Origin: an uncultured Candidatus Saccharibacteria bacterium
GTDB taxonomy: Bacteria; Patescibacteriota; Minisyncoccia; Phycocordibacterales; CAIZLB01
Direction: 5' to 3'
Assembly: GCA_964627085.1 (NCBI GenBank)
Contig: CAZVIP010000002.1
Span: 4,416 to 68,415, forward strand
Length of the DNA stretch: 64,000 nt
Below are positions 1 to 9,137 of the stretch, piece by piece. How positions within the stretch are numbered: position 1 is the stretch's first letter; the number at the start of each line of letters is the position of its first letter. A program made the position numbers and the translations under genes. The notes under the pieces were generated by a model that saw only the letters and a program-made list of their open reading frames with translations, did not search any database and was not told the DNA's origin.

Positions 1-25
1 CGCGTATGGAACAAAAAATCCACAC

Positions 26-328
26 ATGATTGCCTTTTTTCAAAAGTCACTCAGAGCTGCGGTCACGCAGTATCGCCGGAAACTACACAGTCCAAAAAAA
101 GGGCCAGCAAAAGTCACCCTGAAAAGAGTCCATCAATTCCCTGTCATCAAGGAAAGGATTCCGCTCTGGCGCCAAATGATAATCTGTTTCAGTCATCTTA
201 CTTCTGCTGGCGAGGATCTCTCACCAATTGAAAAAGAAGATTGGAATAGACATTCTGGTCAACCAATGAGTCACTTCTTAGACCCTGAATTCAGACAGGC
301 GCTGGAAGAAATGCGTTGGGCTTATTAG
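26..328 (+). CDS. hypothetical protein (100 aa)
   Basis: Intact ORF followed by a strong rho-independent terminator; local GC higher than most of the window. Confidence 0.3.
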   Translation: MIAFFQKSLRAAVTQYRRKLHSPKKGPAKVTLKRVHQFPVIKERIPLWRQMIICFSHLTSAGEDLSPIEKEDWNRHSGQPMSHFLDPEFRQALEEMRWAY

Positions 329-356
329 CACTAGTCTCAAGCAAAAAAACCACACG

Positions 357-399
357 GCCAACCTCACCCTCTTCTGGGTAAGGTTGGCCTGTTTTTTTA
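357..399 (+). terminator. rho-independent terminator (GC hairpin ggccaacc..ggttggcc followed by a T run)
   Basis: Perfect inverted repeat followed by ttttttt; an A run upstream makes it potentially bidirectional. Confidence 0.6.
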
Positions 400-429
400 T
401 TTATATTTTTTCACAATTAAAATTCAAAA

Positions 430-451
430 GGCGCGAGCTTGCGCTCGCGCC
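430..451 (-). terminator. terminator hairpin ggcgcgagc-ttgc-gctcgcgcc downstream of the HAAO-like gene
   Basis: 9-bp GC stem; T-rich tract follows on the minus strand. Confidence 0.5.
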
Positions 452-478
452 TTATATCAAAGTTTGCTCACAGCATTG

Positions 479-994
479 CTATGCTGATTCAAACAATTGA
501 ACCACATTCTGGATAAATGACGTCATCGTTCCAAGTAGCTGAACCAGCTCGGCAGGTCCGGTAAAATCAAGACCGGTATTTGATCCAGACAAATGGACAA
601 AGCGCTCTACCGGCAGCGACTTCCACTCGTCACCAGACTCCTTTTCTCCAGCCTGCCCATATGTGACATCACACAAGGGATGAGGATCGGCGCCTGGCGG
701 TAAATAAAACAACTGTATCCTGAGCAATCGCCCCACCAATTTGACACTGATAAGGTTGTGCTCTACGACACAATGGTCGGCTTGGGTTATTTGGATACCA
801 AAGCGCTCACCTTCAGTCATGTGATACACCTCACGTGCCGAACTTCCGAAAAATAAAGGCATCTTCTCATCCTCAAACCTTTGCGAAATCGCAGCGGACG
901 CAGGAATCTTGAATACACCAGTTGTGCAGTATTGCTGCATGAATCTAGGGAGTCTATTCAATACATCCTCCCAGCTATGCATTATTTTTGCCAT
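479..994 (-). CDS. nbaC: 3-hydroxyanthranilate 3,4-dioxygenase-like cupin (HAAO/NbaC family)
   Basis: Residues YHMTEGERFG..H..V and LFYLPPGADPHP match the HAAO cupin motifs YHIEEGEE and FLLPA.VPHSP; about 170 aa as expected; lies in a GC-rich block. Confidence 0.55.
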   Translation of the reverse strand: MAKIMHSWEDVLNRLPRFMQQYCTTGVFKIPASAAISQRFEDEKMPLFFGSSAREVYHMTEGERFGIQITQADHCVVEHNLISVKLVGRLLRIQLFYLPPGADPHPLCDVTYGQAGEKESGDEWKSLPVERFVHLSGSNTGLDFTGPAELVQLLGTMTSFIQNVVQLFESA

Positions 995-1189
995 AGTTTT
1001 TTTGTTTCTATTGTTGTGGGGATTAGCCCGATTTTGTTTTGTTCTAAGCGATATGTTCCAGTGTTAGAACAATGCATTTGAAACGAGAACTGAGTGTGCG
1101 TGCGGTAGTTAGCCTCAACTGCACCGACTACAGCAAAGCTGAATCTACAACAAGGTTATCATGCCAGTGACCATGTTTCAATATAAAAA

Positions 1190-1222
1190 AGAGGCACGAC
1201 CCTGCTTTGGGTGCGTGCCTCT
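1190..1222 (-). terminator. rho-independent terminator after the 1265..1945 gene
   Basis: Hairpin gaggcacg...cgtgcctc followed by a T run on the minus strand. Confidence 0.6.
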
Positions 1223-1264
1223 TCGAGATTAATTCTGCTTTGAACTGAACTTTGACACCGAATG

Positions 1265-1945
1265 TTAACCGAAATATTTTGACACATCGCCAACAAACTC
1301 CATGACGGAGTCCACAAAGGTTGCCAACTCATCAGGACCAAACTGATCCGAAAGTTGTAAGCCGTGAGGAAAACATGTCGCATACTTAGTCGTCGGCAAA
1401 CCGAAGCTCGGATGTTCTGATCCCGTATCAATGACTCGACCCTCCTTGTCCATATATTGCTTAGGGTCAGCTGAATACTTGTCGCTATATATGCAGATAT
1501 ATTTAGCACTAAATACGAGTATTGGGGCCATGCTTGCTGGTTTTTGCACCGCTATCACTGTATCAGCATTGGCCTGACCTTGTGCCACCTGTTCGCCCCT
1601 GTCATTGCTAAATGGCTTTATCTGGAATAATTCAATGGAAAGCAAAGCTCCGGCATCAACCGTATGGTGCTTGTGGCCTTCGGCGGATGCATCACCAAGA
1701 CAGATATGAAAAGCAAATTGCATATCAAACCTATAATACACTGGATCAAAAACCTTATAGCGATCCCTGCCGAAGCCAAGTGGGACACTACCACCCCTAT
1801 GATCGTGCGTCCCGTTTGTAGCAAAAGCAAAACCTGTCCGCACAGGTAATATCTCTCTACTGCAGACCCCAGACCCGTAATTGGCAAGGAATGAACTCGC
1901 CATTTTTTGGACATGTGCCCAGTTAAAATTCTGAAGCTGTTTCAT
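1265..1945 (-). CDS. hypothetical His-rich putative metal-dependent enzyme (226 aa)
   Basis: Long ORF with its own terminator; contains GTHDH and HKHH clusters; no confident family assignment from sequence alone. Confidence 0.4.
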   Translation of the reverse strand: MKQLQNFNWAHVQKMASSFLANYGSGVCSREILPVRTGFAFATNGTHDHRGGSVPLGFGRDRYKVFDPVYYRFDMQFAFHICLGDASAEGHKHHTVDAGALLSIELFQIKPFSNDRGEQVAQGQANADTVIAVQKPASMAPILVFSAKYICIYSDKYSADPKQYMDKEGRVIDTGSEHPSFGLPTTKYATCFPHGLQLSDQFGPDELATFVDSVMEFVGDVSKYFG

Positions 1946-2121
1946 CGTGTTTTATCTTTCTATGTTTGACGTTGTATGTAGATGGCAGTTGATGCGGTTT
2001 GCATAAACCAAGCCATATAAAGTGAATGAACTAGCAAGATTAAAGTACCATGAAGATTTCAACATGGCAATATGCCATATGCGCGCCTAAGACACAAAGT
2101 CAAAGTATTTTTGAAAATAAA

Positions 2122-2142
2122 AAGCCCTTTTGCGAAGGGCTC
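2122..2142 (-). terminator. terminator hairpin agccctt-ttgcg-aagggct
   Basis: Hairpin followed by a T run on the minus strand, downstream of the 2183..2584 gene. Confidence 0.5.
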
Positions 2143-2182
2143 TTTATCCTAAATAATTAACAATAGATTTAGCAAAAACAGA

Positions 2183-2584
2183 CTAACTATTCTTGATATA
2201 TTTCTTTGATGCAAAATAGAAAATGAGGACGACACCGACAAATGCAATCGATTCATATGTCAAAATTCCTGTTTGCAATAATTTCCAAAGTCTAAATCCC
2301 CCACCAATCAAGACCAAAATGATTGTCGACTGAGTTACCACCTTGTTCGCATCTTTGATGATGTAAGTCTTATTAACATATTTTGATGAATAAATAACAC
2401 CAAGCCAAATACTCACCAAACTGAGCAACATAAGTATTGGCATGAGTAGTTTTGGATTATCTGCAAAAGCCAATGTAAGCGGAGCACCGATAATAAGTGC
2501 GATCAAAAAAGGTACAGCAAAACCAGCGGTTAACCAATGTGTTGTAGCAATATACCAATCTGATGAATTCTTTTTTTGTTTCAT
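2183..2584 (-). CDS. integral membrane protein (4 predicted TM segments), unknown function
   Basis: Hydrophobic-segment pattern in the translation. Confidence 0.45.
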   Translation of the reverse strand: MKQKKNSSDWYIATTHWLTAGFAVPFLIALIIGAPLTLAFADNPKLLMPILMLLSLVSIWLGVIYSSKYVNKTYIIKDANKVVTQSTIILVLIGGGFRLWKLLQTGILTYESIAFVGVVLIFYFASKKYIKNS

Positions 2585-2700
2585 AATTTAATTATATATT
2601 ACTTGTTAAAAGATTTGAATACACAGCTTGACTCAAACTCTAGTGCATGGGACGATATCTTCGAAAGTTTCAAAGCAAATAAGGACTGCTTTGGAACAAT

Positions 2701-3480
2701 ATGTTCTTTGTCCTACAACCAATAATTAATATGAGTCAAGAAACTCCAAGTGCCACTAGTGCACCACCAGTAATAGGTCCAGTAACCACTGGTGCTACAG
2801 ACCCAGCCACTGACCACAGCCAAGAACCAGAACACGCATTCACCCTTCAGACCGAAACAGCTGTCTTGCCTGTGGACCCGGATGCTGAACTGCTTCAACA
2901 GCTACAACCAGAGGATATACTCAAGCAAATAAGAGCTGCTGTCACTGAATTTATCGAGAAAGCAAATAAGAGTTTACGCGAAGCAGAATCTAGGTCTAAC
3001 GAGCTACGCAGATTACTCGAGGTATACCCTCCTGGCGTAGTGAAAGCCTTACTCGAAAAATGCACAATGGGCACGGTTTTTTCTCCAATGATTACCGCAG
3101 CTATGCGAGATCACAACAGGAAAATAAAGTTACCGAGCACAGGCGATGAGCCAGCGTTCTTGACTGAAGTGGACTTTAAGAGGCTTCCGACACTGATTGC
3201 GCATTATCTGATACCAATACTCAATGAAACCTACGCAATCGGTGAGATGTTTAAAATAGCTGACATCAGAGCTTTGCTAAGAGCAAAATTCGGAAAGAAA
3301 GGTAATGGTAATTGGGCGGCCAGTGGCTACTTGGCAACCGCTCTAAACAACAGAACAGAGGGGCTTGTATTCACTCAAGGTGAGTTTACACCTACAACCA
3401 GGGTATCAACATCAACCTATCACCGAACCCAAGTGTTAACCTTGAAGGAAAAATGGCTCTCTCATCTTAATGATCTGTAA
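2701..3480 (+). CDS. hypothetical protein with Pro/Thr-rich N-terminus
   Basis: ORF followed by a terminator at 3493-3523; real start may be the internal Met (MSQET) at about 2731. Confidence 0.45.
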   Translation: MFFVLQPIINMSQETPSATSAPPVIGPVTTGATDPATDHSQEPEHAFTLQTETAVLPVDPDAELLQQLQPEDILKQIRAAVTEFIEKANKSLREAESRSNELRRLLEVYPPGVVKALLEKCTMGTVFSPMITAAMRDHNRKIKLPSTGDEPAFLTEVDFKRLPTLIAHYLIPILNETYAIGEMFKIADIRALLRAKFGKKGNGNWAASGYLATALNNRTEGLVFTQGEFTPTTRVSTSTYHRTQVLTLKEKWLSHLNDL

Positions 3481-3492
3481 GCTGAATAAATC

Positions 3493-3530
3493 GCGCACCC
3501 TTCCCTTTTTGGGACGGGTGCGATTTGTTT
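3493..3530 (+). terminator. rho-independent terminator
   Basis: Hairpin gcgcaccc...gggtgcg followed by tttgtttt. Confidence 0.6.
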
Positions 3531-3550
3531 TATGTGTATTTATGCGGTAG

Positions 3551-3964
3551 TTAAATTTCCAAACCCGCAAGCAAACCCTTGATTTCGTCTTTGATTCTTC
3601 TGGTTTCAATGAGGTCTTTGTTTTTTGGATCGAGCACAAACCATCGAATTAATTTTGGAGAATCAATTAAGTATTGTGGTAAATCTTCATCTTCAAGAAT
3701 TGCGATGACTTTATCAGAATTATTTACCATATCTTCAGTTACCTGCTTTCGTATTGCAGTGCTGATATCTAGACCCTCCTCTAACATGACATCAATGACA
3801 GCCTGTGTGAGTGGTACTAAATTTCCGATTGGTTCCTCGGGGCCACTTAATTTTGTGCCCGCGGATACTGCCTCGTATTTATTTGCATATAGTTTATGTA
3901 CCAAGAATTCAGCCATTTGACTTCTACCTACATTTCCTCGGCATAAGAATAGGATTTTTTTCAT
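3551..3964 (-). CDS. low-molecular-weight phosphatase family protein (LMW-PTP/ArsC fold)
   Basis: N-terminal P-loop LFLCRGNVGRSQMAE (CX5R(S) signature); no ArsC resolving cysteines, so a phosphatase is more likely than an arsenate reductase. Confidence 0.6.
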   Translation of the reverse strand: MKKILFLCRGNVGRSQMAEFLVHKLYANKYEAVSAGTKLSGPEEPIGNLVPLTQAVIDVMLEEGLDISTAIRKQVTEDMVNNSDKVIAILEDEDLPQYLIDSPKLIRWFVLDPKNKDLIETRRIKDEIKGLLAGLEI

Positions 3965-4081
3965 AGATGGATTGTATCATTTTTTTGTTTGGCTTTTATA
4001 TACAATTTAACCCCACGCAGACCAGTGCTGCGCGGGGCTTTGAAGTTAAGCGGGTTTAAGTGAGATTGAGCAGGTGTTTAA

Positions 4082-4738
4082 CTATTTATGTCGAAGCTCA
4101 ATAATATAGGTCTTACTCAATTCCCCACTTTTTTGTGCATGATAAGCATATGTGAGTTTTGAGCCATTTAAATAAGCTTCTGGTAGTGGGTCAAAATCCG
4201 CAAAACGAGAGCACATGACAAGTGCACGGCCATTCTTTGTCAAATACCTTGGAAGTTCATCGACAAACTTTTTGAGTAAAGTTGCATCATCACTCCAGAG
4301 TGACCACTTCCCTATTTTTGATTTAACGCGTTTTGGATGCGAAGCTGGTGCATTAAAAAGAATTAGATCATATTTTCCTTTTACTTCACTAAATACATTT
4401 GATTGTTTAATTTTTATTGCCGCATTATTTTGTCTAAAGTTTTCTTGTGCATTTACGACTGCATCTTCTGTGATATCAGTTGCATAGATATTGCTTACGC
4501 CTTTTTTCCATACAAGTAGCGCTAGTATGCCACACCCTGTGCCAAGGTCGAGCACTTTTTCATCTTGAGCGATGGGATATTTTTTTAAAAGAGAAATAAA
4601 CATTTTTGTAGACTTTCCATTTTTCGGGTTCCAAATGCCTGCTCCACTCTTGAGGGTGAGTCCTGCGATACGAATTTTTGCTGGAGCATTATCCGGTGCT
4701 CGAGAGTCGATAAATGAGAGGTGTTCTCTGATATTCAT
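4082..4738 (-). CDS. class I SAM-dependent methyltransferase (small-domain, HemK/RsmC-like)
   Basis: Motif I VLDLGTGCGILAL and a post-motif NAPAS variant of the NPPY/F motif; the listed ORF begins with TTG overlapping the GNAT stop, so the internal ATG (MNIREHL) is the likelier start. Confidence 0.6.
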   Translation of the reverse strand: MNIREHLSFIDSRAPDNAPAKIRIAGLTLKSGAGIWNPKNGKSTKMFISLLKKYPIAQDEKVLDLGTGCGILALLVWKKGVSNIYATDITEDAVVNAQENFRQNNAAIKIKQSNVFSEVKGKYDLILFNAPASHPKRVKSKIGKWSLWSDDATLLKKFVDELPRYLTKNGRALVMCSRFADFDPLPEAYLNGSKLTYAYHAQKSGELSKTYIIELRHK

Positions 4739-4803
4739 ATGGTTGTGTGTTGTGTGACTAAGGTGTTGTGTGTGAATAATAATATAGACATATAACACAT
4801 CTT

Positions 4804-5307
4804 TCAAGTTATATAGTGATTCGGTTTTTTAAGACTTACTTGCTCTTTTATATTCGTGAACACGACAAACGATATCTTTGAATTTATTTGAACGATGTTT
4901 ACTGTAAAGTTTTTTTTGTATGACTCAATCAGATGTTTATTATCATTATCTACTATACCCACAAACTTTCGCTCAGTTGATTTAACTTCTAATATTGCTT
5001 GTTTAAGCAATTCATATCCATATCCGTGATTTCTATATTCTGGTTTTGTGAATAAGCATGATGCGAATATAAAATCATCGAATAATGCTTTTGCTTTTTC
5101 AGTTATCTCAGAGTCTTCAGGACAAATATCGAACAAAGCAATACCTGAGACAAAATTTGATTCTTTGTATAAAAATAATAGTTTGGAATAAAGAGTTTCA
5201 ATGCCATTAATCCAGGGTATTTCTTTGAAATTTTGTTGTATTAATCTAATGTATTCAAAGTAATCAGAATCTTTTTTGGAGTTTTGTGTGATAGTGTTTA
5301 TGTTCAT
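4804..5307 (-). CDS. GNAT family N-acetyltransferase
   Basis: Motif A RNHGYGYELLKQAI (R/Q-x-x-G-x-G/A). Confidence 0.65.
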   Translation of the reverse strand: MNINTITQNSKKDSDYFEYIRLIQQNFKEIPWINGIETLYSKLLFLYKESNFVSGIALFDICPEDSEITEKAKALFDDFIFASCLFTKPEYRNHGYGYELLKQAILEVKSTERKFVGIVDNDNKHLIESYKKNFTVNIVQINSKISFVVFTNIKEQVSLKKPNHYIT

Positions 5308-5345
5308 TTCATTGGTGATTATCTATTTATCAATCAACCACGATG

Positions 5346-5705
5346 CTATGAAATAATCTGAATGTAGTTAAATATAAAATAACTTGCAATCAGAATCGCA
5401 ACACCTATAGCTATAAGCAACCAAAATAATTTACGTCGGTTGCTTGTATATAATTTCTTTAACAGAAAAATATAGCTTGTTACAACAAATAGTGAAATGA
5501 AGGTAATCACCATCGCAATATACGATAGAGTGGCATCGTCTCCTTTAAACATGTATTCAGACAATGAACACGAATTGTCAACAGAAATTGAACATTGATA
5601 TTTACCCTCTATGCCTACCAGATTAATTTTTTTGAGCACATCGATGGTTCTCAAAAAGATAATGATAATTGGTGCAATGAGGCTAATCAGTGTAATTTTT
5701 TTCAT
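5346..5705 (-). CDS. small membrane protein (3 TM segments), unknown function
   Basis: Hydrophobic segments; same strand within the KMO operon. Confidence 0.4.
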   Translation of the reverse strand: MKKITLISLIAPIIIIFLRTIDVLKKINLVGIEGKYQCSISVDNSCSLSEYMFKGDDATLSYIAMVITFISLFVVTSYIFLLKKLYTSNRRKLFWLLIAIGVAILIASYFIFNYIQIIS

Positions 5706-5775
5706 TTGTTAATTATACCATACAGACCCTTATCCGAATTGTAAGTAAAATTTAGTCGCATATTTGTAAAGTGGC

Positions 5776-6324
5776 TTACCTACTATCACGTAATGTTTCC
5801 TTTAGAGGATCGAAATTTACAAACTGGATACCACCTGAAACGGCATCATCGAGATTTAAATGACCTCTAACATGTGCTTCTTCATGCTGATATAGACGAG
5901 CTTTAAATCCATCAATTTTTTCAGAACGATTAATTCCTGTGCCATCTGTCCACTCCATCACTATCCATTCAGGTCGTTCAACATCGGCAGCGAGGATACC
6001 TGCACTCATGCAGAGCTCTTTATAAAAATTAGTCGTGGTAGATTTTTCTATAATTCTTGGATTAATAAACACTTCCGTCTTGTCATCCAGAAAGGTTATG
6101 AAAACAGATTTACCCATTCCAATTTGTGGCGCTGCGAGACCTCTGCCATAGCCGGTAATTTCACGATACTTGAGTAATACCTTTTCGAGCTTCTTTGCAA
6201 TTTCTAGTCCATCTTCCAAAGATGTTTCTTCGGTCTTTTCACGTAGCACAGCATTACCTGCATAATGTATCTCGGGTATCTCTTTTAGGATGATTTTGAA
6301 GATTTCTATCTTGTCGATATTCAT
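5776..6324 (-). CDS. divergent peptide deformylase-like metallohydrolase (PDF paralog)
   Basis: PDF motif 1 GRGLAAPQIG; motif 2 variant ELCMS (canonical EGCLS); motif 3 QHEEAHVRG (HExxH); immediately downstream of the KMO-like gene. Confidence 0.6.
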   Translation of the reverse strand: MNIDKIEIFKIILKEIPEIHYAGNAVLREKTEETSLEDGLEIAKKLEKVLLKYREITGYGRGLAAPQIGMGKSVFITFLDDKTEVFINPRIIEKSTTTNFYKELCMSAGILAADVERPEWIVMEWTDGTGINRSEKIDGFKARLYQHEEAHVRGHLNLDDAVSGGIQFVNFDPLKETLRDSR

Positions 6325-6342
6325 GGGGTTATTGTAGCATTG

Positions 6343-7548
6343 TTAATCTTTGAACCTTAATTTACTTTCATCCACCAAACTACTATGGGGCACACCTTCA
6401 AAATCAAGCCTTATTACTGCAATCGGTGTTTCATTTCTAAATATACCCTTAATAAATCCTGCTAACTTATTCCAAACCGTTGGTGGTTTTTGATAACTAG
6501 AATTAATAATAGTTACATAATGTTCAGCTGAAAGCACTGATGCAGCTAATCCTTGTTTTACCCTTTCTTTTGAAAATTCATTCAAGTCTTTATTTTTAAT
6601 AATATACTCATACAAAACGCCAACATCTTCCAGTCCGAGGTTTACTCCTTGCCCCATAAATGGAAGTATCGTGTGAGCGGCATCACCAATAAGAACAGTG
6701 TTACTTTTTTCATCATAATACGTATTCATTTCTATGATATTTAAATCTGCAAAACGAAGCGACTTTAAATCATTTTCAGTGTTTAGATTTTCATATATGT
6801 GAGGAAAAGATTCTTGTACAAAATTAATTACACTATCAGAATTTTCTGTTACATCTTTTGGAAGTATAAGTGTACATTTTAGTGATTTTTTTGAATTAGG
6901 CATGCCTACCATGCAATGATCTTTACGTGGCCATATATTGATAGCATGTAGGGCTTGTTTTGGTACATGATCCATCCCGAGTGATACTTGCGTGTATCTG
7001 TGTGAAAACTTTTCTTTGTGAATTTGTATTGATAGATCAGATACATTCACTAACTCTCGGACTTTTGAATTTGCACCATCTGCGCCGACAAGTAAATCTC
7101 CTTTTTCAAAAGTTTTAATTTCGCCGTTTACATCAAAAGTTAATGTATCTGAAGTACTGTTTACGAGTTGGTGGTTTGAATACAAAGATATATTTGGTGT
7201 ATTTTTTGCTTCAGTAAAAATTATGTCCGCAAGAGTGTTTCTGTCTACTGCATAATTTACCCATTCTTTTTTTCCATATGGCATAAAAACAGAATCCCAT
7301 GTCGGTAGGTGTCGAAATCGACCTGTAAGAGGAAAAGCTTTTTGTAAGAATATGTCCCATAGTCCCAGATCCTTCACTATCTTTTGACCTCGAGGTGAGA
7401 TAAGTAGTGATATAGATGGAAAACCCTCAGATGTTTGACCGACTTCTGACCTTTTTTCAAATAGGTTTATTTTGTAACCTGCTCGAGCAAGGAGTATGGC
7501 GAGGCCTGAGCCGACTGGTCCGGAACCGATGATTGAGATGGTTTGCAT
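6343..7548 (-). CDS. kmo: kynurenine 3-monooxygenase-like FAD-dependent monooxygenase
   Basis: N-terminal GSGPVGSG Rossmann motif; HAINIWPRKDHCMVGMPNSKKSLKCTLILP matches the KMO signature HAMHIWPR..MMIALPN.D.SFTCTLF.P; GDAAH..PF.GQG.N.G.ED motif present; likely start at the MQTIS Met. Confidence 0.7.
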   Translation of the reverse strand: MQTISIIGSGPVGSGLAILLARAGYKINLFEKRSEVGQTSEGFPSISLLISPRGQKIVKDLGLWDIFLQKAFPLTGRFRHLPTWDSVFMPYGKKEWVNYAVDRNTLADIIFTEAKNTPNISLYSNHQLVNSTSDTLTFDVNGEIKTFEKGDLLVGADGANSKVRELVNVSDLSIQIHKEKFSHRYTQVSLGMDHVPKQALHAINIWPRKDHCMVGMPNSKKSLKCTLILPKDVTENSDSVINFVQESFPHIYENLNTENDLKSLRFADLNIIEMNTYYDEKSNTVLIGDAAHTILPFMGQGVNLGLEDVGVLYEYIIKNKDLNEFSKERVKQGLAASVLSAEHYVTIINSSYQKPPTVWNKLAGFIKGIFRNETPIAVIRLDFEGVPHSSLVDESKLRFKD

Positions 7549-7670
7549 AGATAGAGTATAGCAATTGGTATGACACTTGTACCAGACGTTAAGTTTATGC
7601 ATTGCTCGCGCAAAGGAATATCTATCATTTTATATCACTTCTCAATGGATACTACAAACGTAGGCAAAAG

Positions 7671-7706
7671 ACGAGGCCGGTGCAAAAAAATGGTTTGCAC
7701 CGGCCT
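7671..7706 (-). terminator. strong 12-bp-stem hairpin (ggccggtgcaaa...tttgcaccggcc) followed by a U-rich tract on the minus strand
   Basis: Perfect inverted repeat; sits upstream of the KMO operon and about 480 nt downstream of the 8189 gene. Confidence 0.4.
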
Positions 7707-8188
7707 GTGTATGAAACCTCATTGAGGTGGAACAACTGTTGCGTTTGGGATCTGTGAGCGACGAATCCTGTTCCATGTTTTGCATGGTATACAAGAAATC
7801 TTGTACGCATACCCGGTGACTTACCTATTCCTCACCATTGATTACTCTTTGGCTACTTTTCGACGCAGTAGTATATTCTTTATCTTTTCTTACATCCTCT
7901 TTTGAAGGCTGTTTTCTTCCGAATTTCTTCGGTGCAGAATTGGGATTTCCCTTGGTCTGCTATTGTGGTGTACCACCCGTTGGCATATTACGGGGCTACT
8001 ACAGAGTCTTGTACTCGGCGTTTGGCATGGCATATTTATACACCAGATATAAATCTGGTCAACCCTTCTCGAACACTCTAATCCACTCTCTCAATGAGGG
8101 CCCACTTGCATATCTCTCAGGTCCACTGAATAACCCCCCTTCGAACAAGAAGCCGTATTCACGGATTGATAACCTCGATTAATCATCT

Positions 8189-8707
8189 CTAACTTAATAT
8201 ACCAACCCTAACCAGTGCATCTTCTAAATATTCACCATGCTTAAGAATTATTTTCTCATTTGGTTGTTTTAAGAAATCTTCAAAATCTGTTTCAATTGAA
8301 TTTGCAACCCTGTTAACAAATTCTTCATTTGCACCCCTATTTCTCGCACGGGTTTTATACTCTTCCTTGCAAATGGGATCTGGATACGCTAGTAAAAAAT
8401 TAATTCCATAATCTCTCATCTCTTTAAAAGGCATGCAAGGTGCGATGAGTATTATTGCGTGTTCGTTATTTTTACTTTCTTTAATGATCGCATCGTAATA
8501 GTTAGTTGGCCACTCTGGATTAATATCACGTTTTGTTGACTTGAGAGATTCTTTGTTTTTCACAGTTTTTTGCTCATCTGTCAAAATGTACTTATGGTCA
8601 CCGCTTGGCAGTTCTATTATCTCCTTATGTTTTTTTGTTAAATATGTTTTACCTGTACAAATCCAGGCGCTGATTATGATTGGTTTTTTATTGACCTCTT
8701 TTTTCAT
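8189..8707 (-). CDS. P-loop NTPase/kinase-like protein
   Basis: Walker A-like ISAWICTGKTY; the listed ORF start is a TTG inside the 81-bp repeat, so the real start is probably ATG (MKKEVNKKPIII). Confidence 0.5.
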   Translation of the reverse strand: MKKEVNKKPIIISAWICTGKTYLTKKHKEIIELPSGDHKYILTDEQKTVKNKESLKSTKRDINPEWPTNYYDAIIKESKNNEHAIILIAPCMPFKEMRDYGINFLLAYPDPICKEEYKTRARNRGANEEFVNRVANSIETDFEDFLKQPNEKIILKHGEYLEDALVRVGILS

Positions 8708-8747
8708 ATGTTTAATGTAATTATGATTTTTGTGCCTGTTGTTGAAG

Positions 8748-8828
8748 TGTGCGTCGCTCGCACAAGTGTATTTTGCTCCAAGTTTTCGCAAAATACTGAG
8801 TGCGCCGACATCACGATTTTATAGTCGC
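8748..8828. repeat. 81-bp perfect direct repeat, copy 1 (second copy at 10319..10399)
   Basis: Identical 81-nt strings at both positions with two internal hairpins (ttgtgcg-tcgct-cgcacaa; gtattttgc..gcaaaatac) and a TATAAAAT box on the minus strand; flanks diverge with residual similarity. Confidence 0.85.
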
Positions 8829-9137
8829 TCGCTTTGCTCCTTCCCTTTTTAAACTCTTGCGCGCAGCTGGTACTAACATATTTTCTTCGTAAAGCTCGAA
8901 AACATGAAGTACCCCTGCCTCACAAATTTATGGTCGCTCTGCTCTCTAAATTCTGTGATATCAAATCGACCTTTCTCATGCGTATTTCTGGAAGCTTTTC
9001 ATTTGTGGTGTATGACATATACATAACTTAAATGACAGGGTGGTCACAAGCTATTGAACCATTACGGTCCATTGACATAAACTAATAAATATTATATCGT
9101 CTATTTAGAAAACAGACAACCCCAACCCCAACCAACA

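Noticed and set aside
1265-1945. Calling the 226-aa His-rich protein a cyclase-type kynurenine formamidase (KynB)
   Set aside because: It has GTHDH rather than the HxGTHxDxPxH cyclase-family signature. The match is too loose to assert, so it is kept as hypothetical.
3551-3964. Arsenate reductase (ArsC) annotation for the LMW-phosphatase-fold gene
   Set aside because: The P-loop resembles Gram-positive ArsC (..RSQMAE), but the downstream resolving cysteines needed for thioredoxin-coupled arsenate reduction are absent. Called a phosphatase-family protein instead.
7838-8182. 114-aa plus-strand ORF in the spacer upstream of the KMO operon
   Set aside because: Composition (Leu/Phe/Tyr/Gly/Pro-rich) is unlike the other proteins, there are no motifs, and it lies in a region better explained as a UTR or ncRNA. 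Treated as noncoding.
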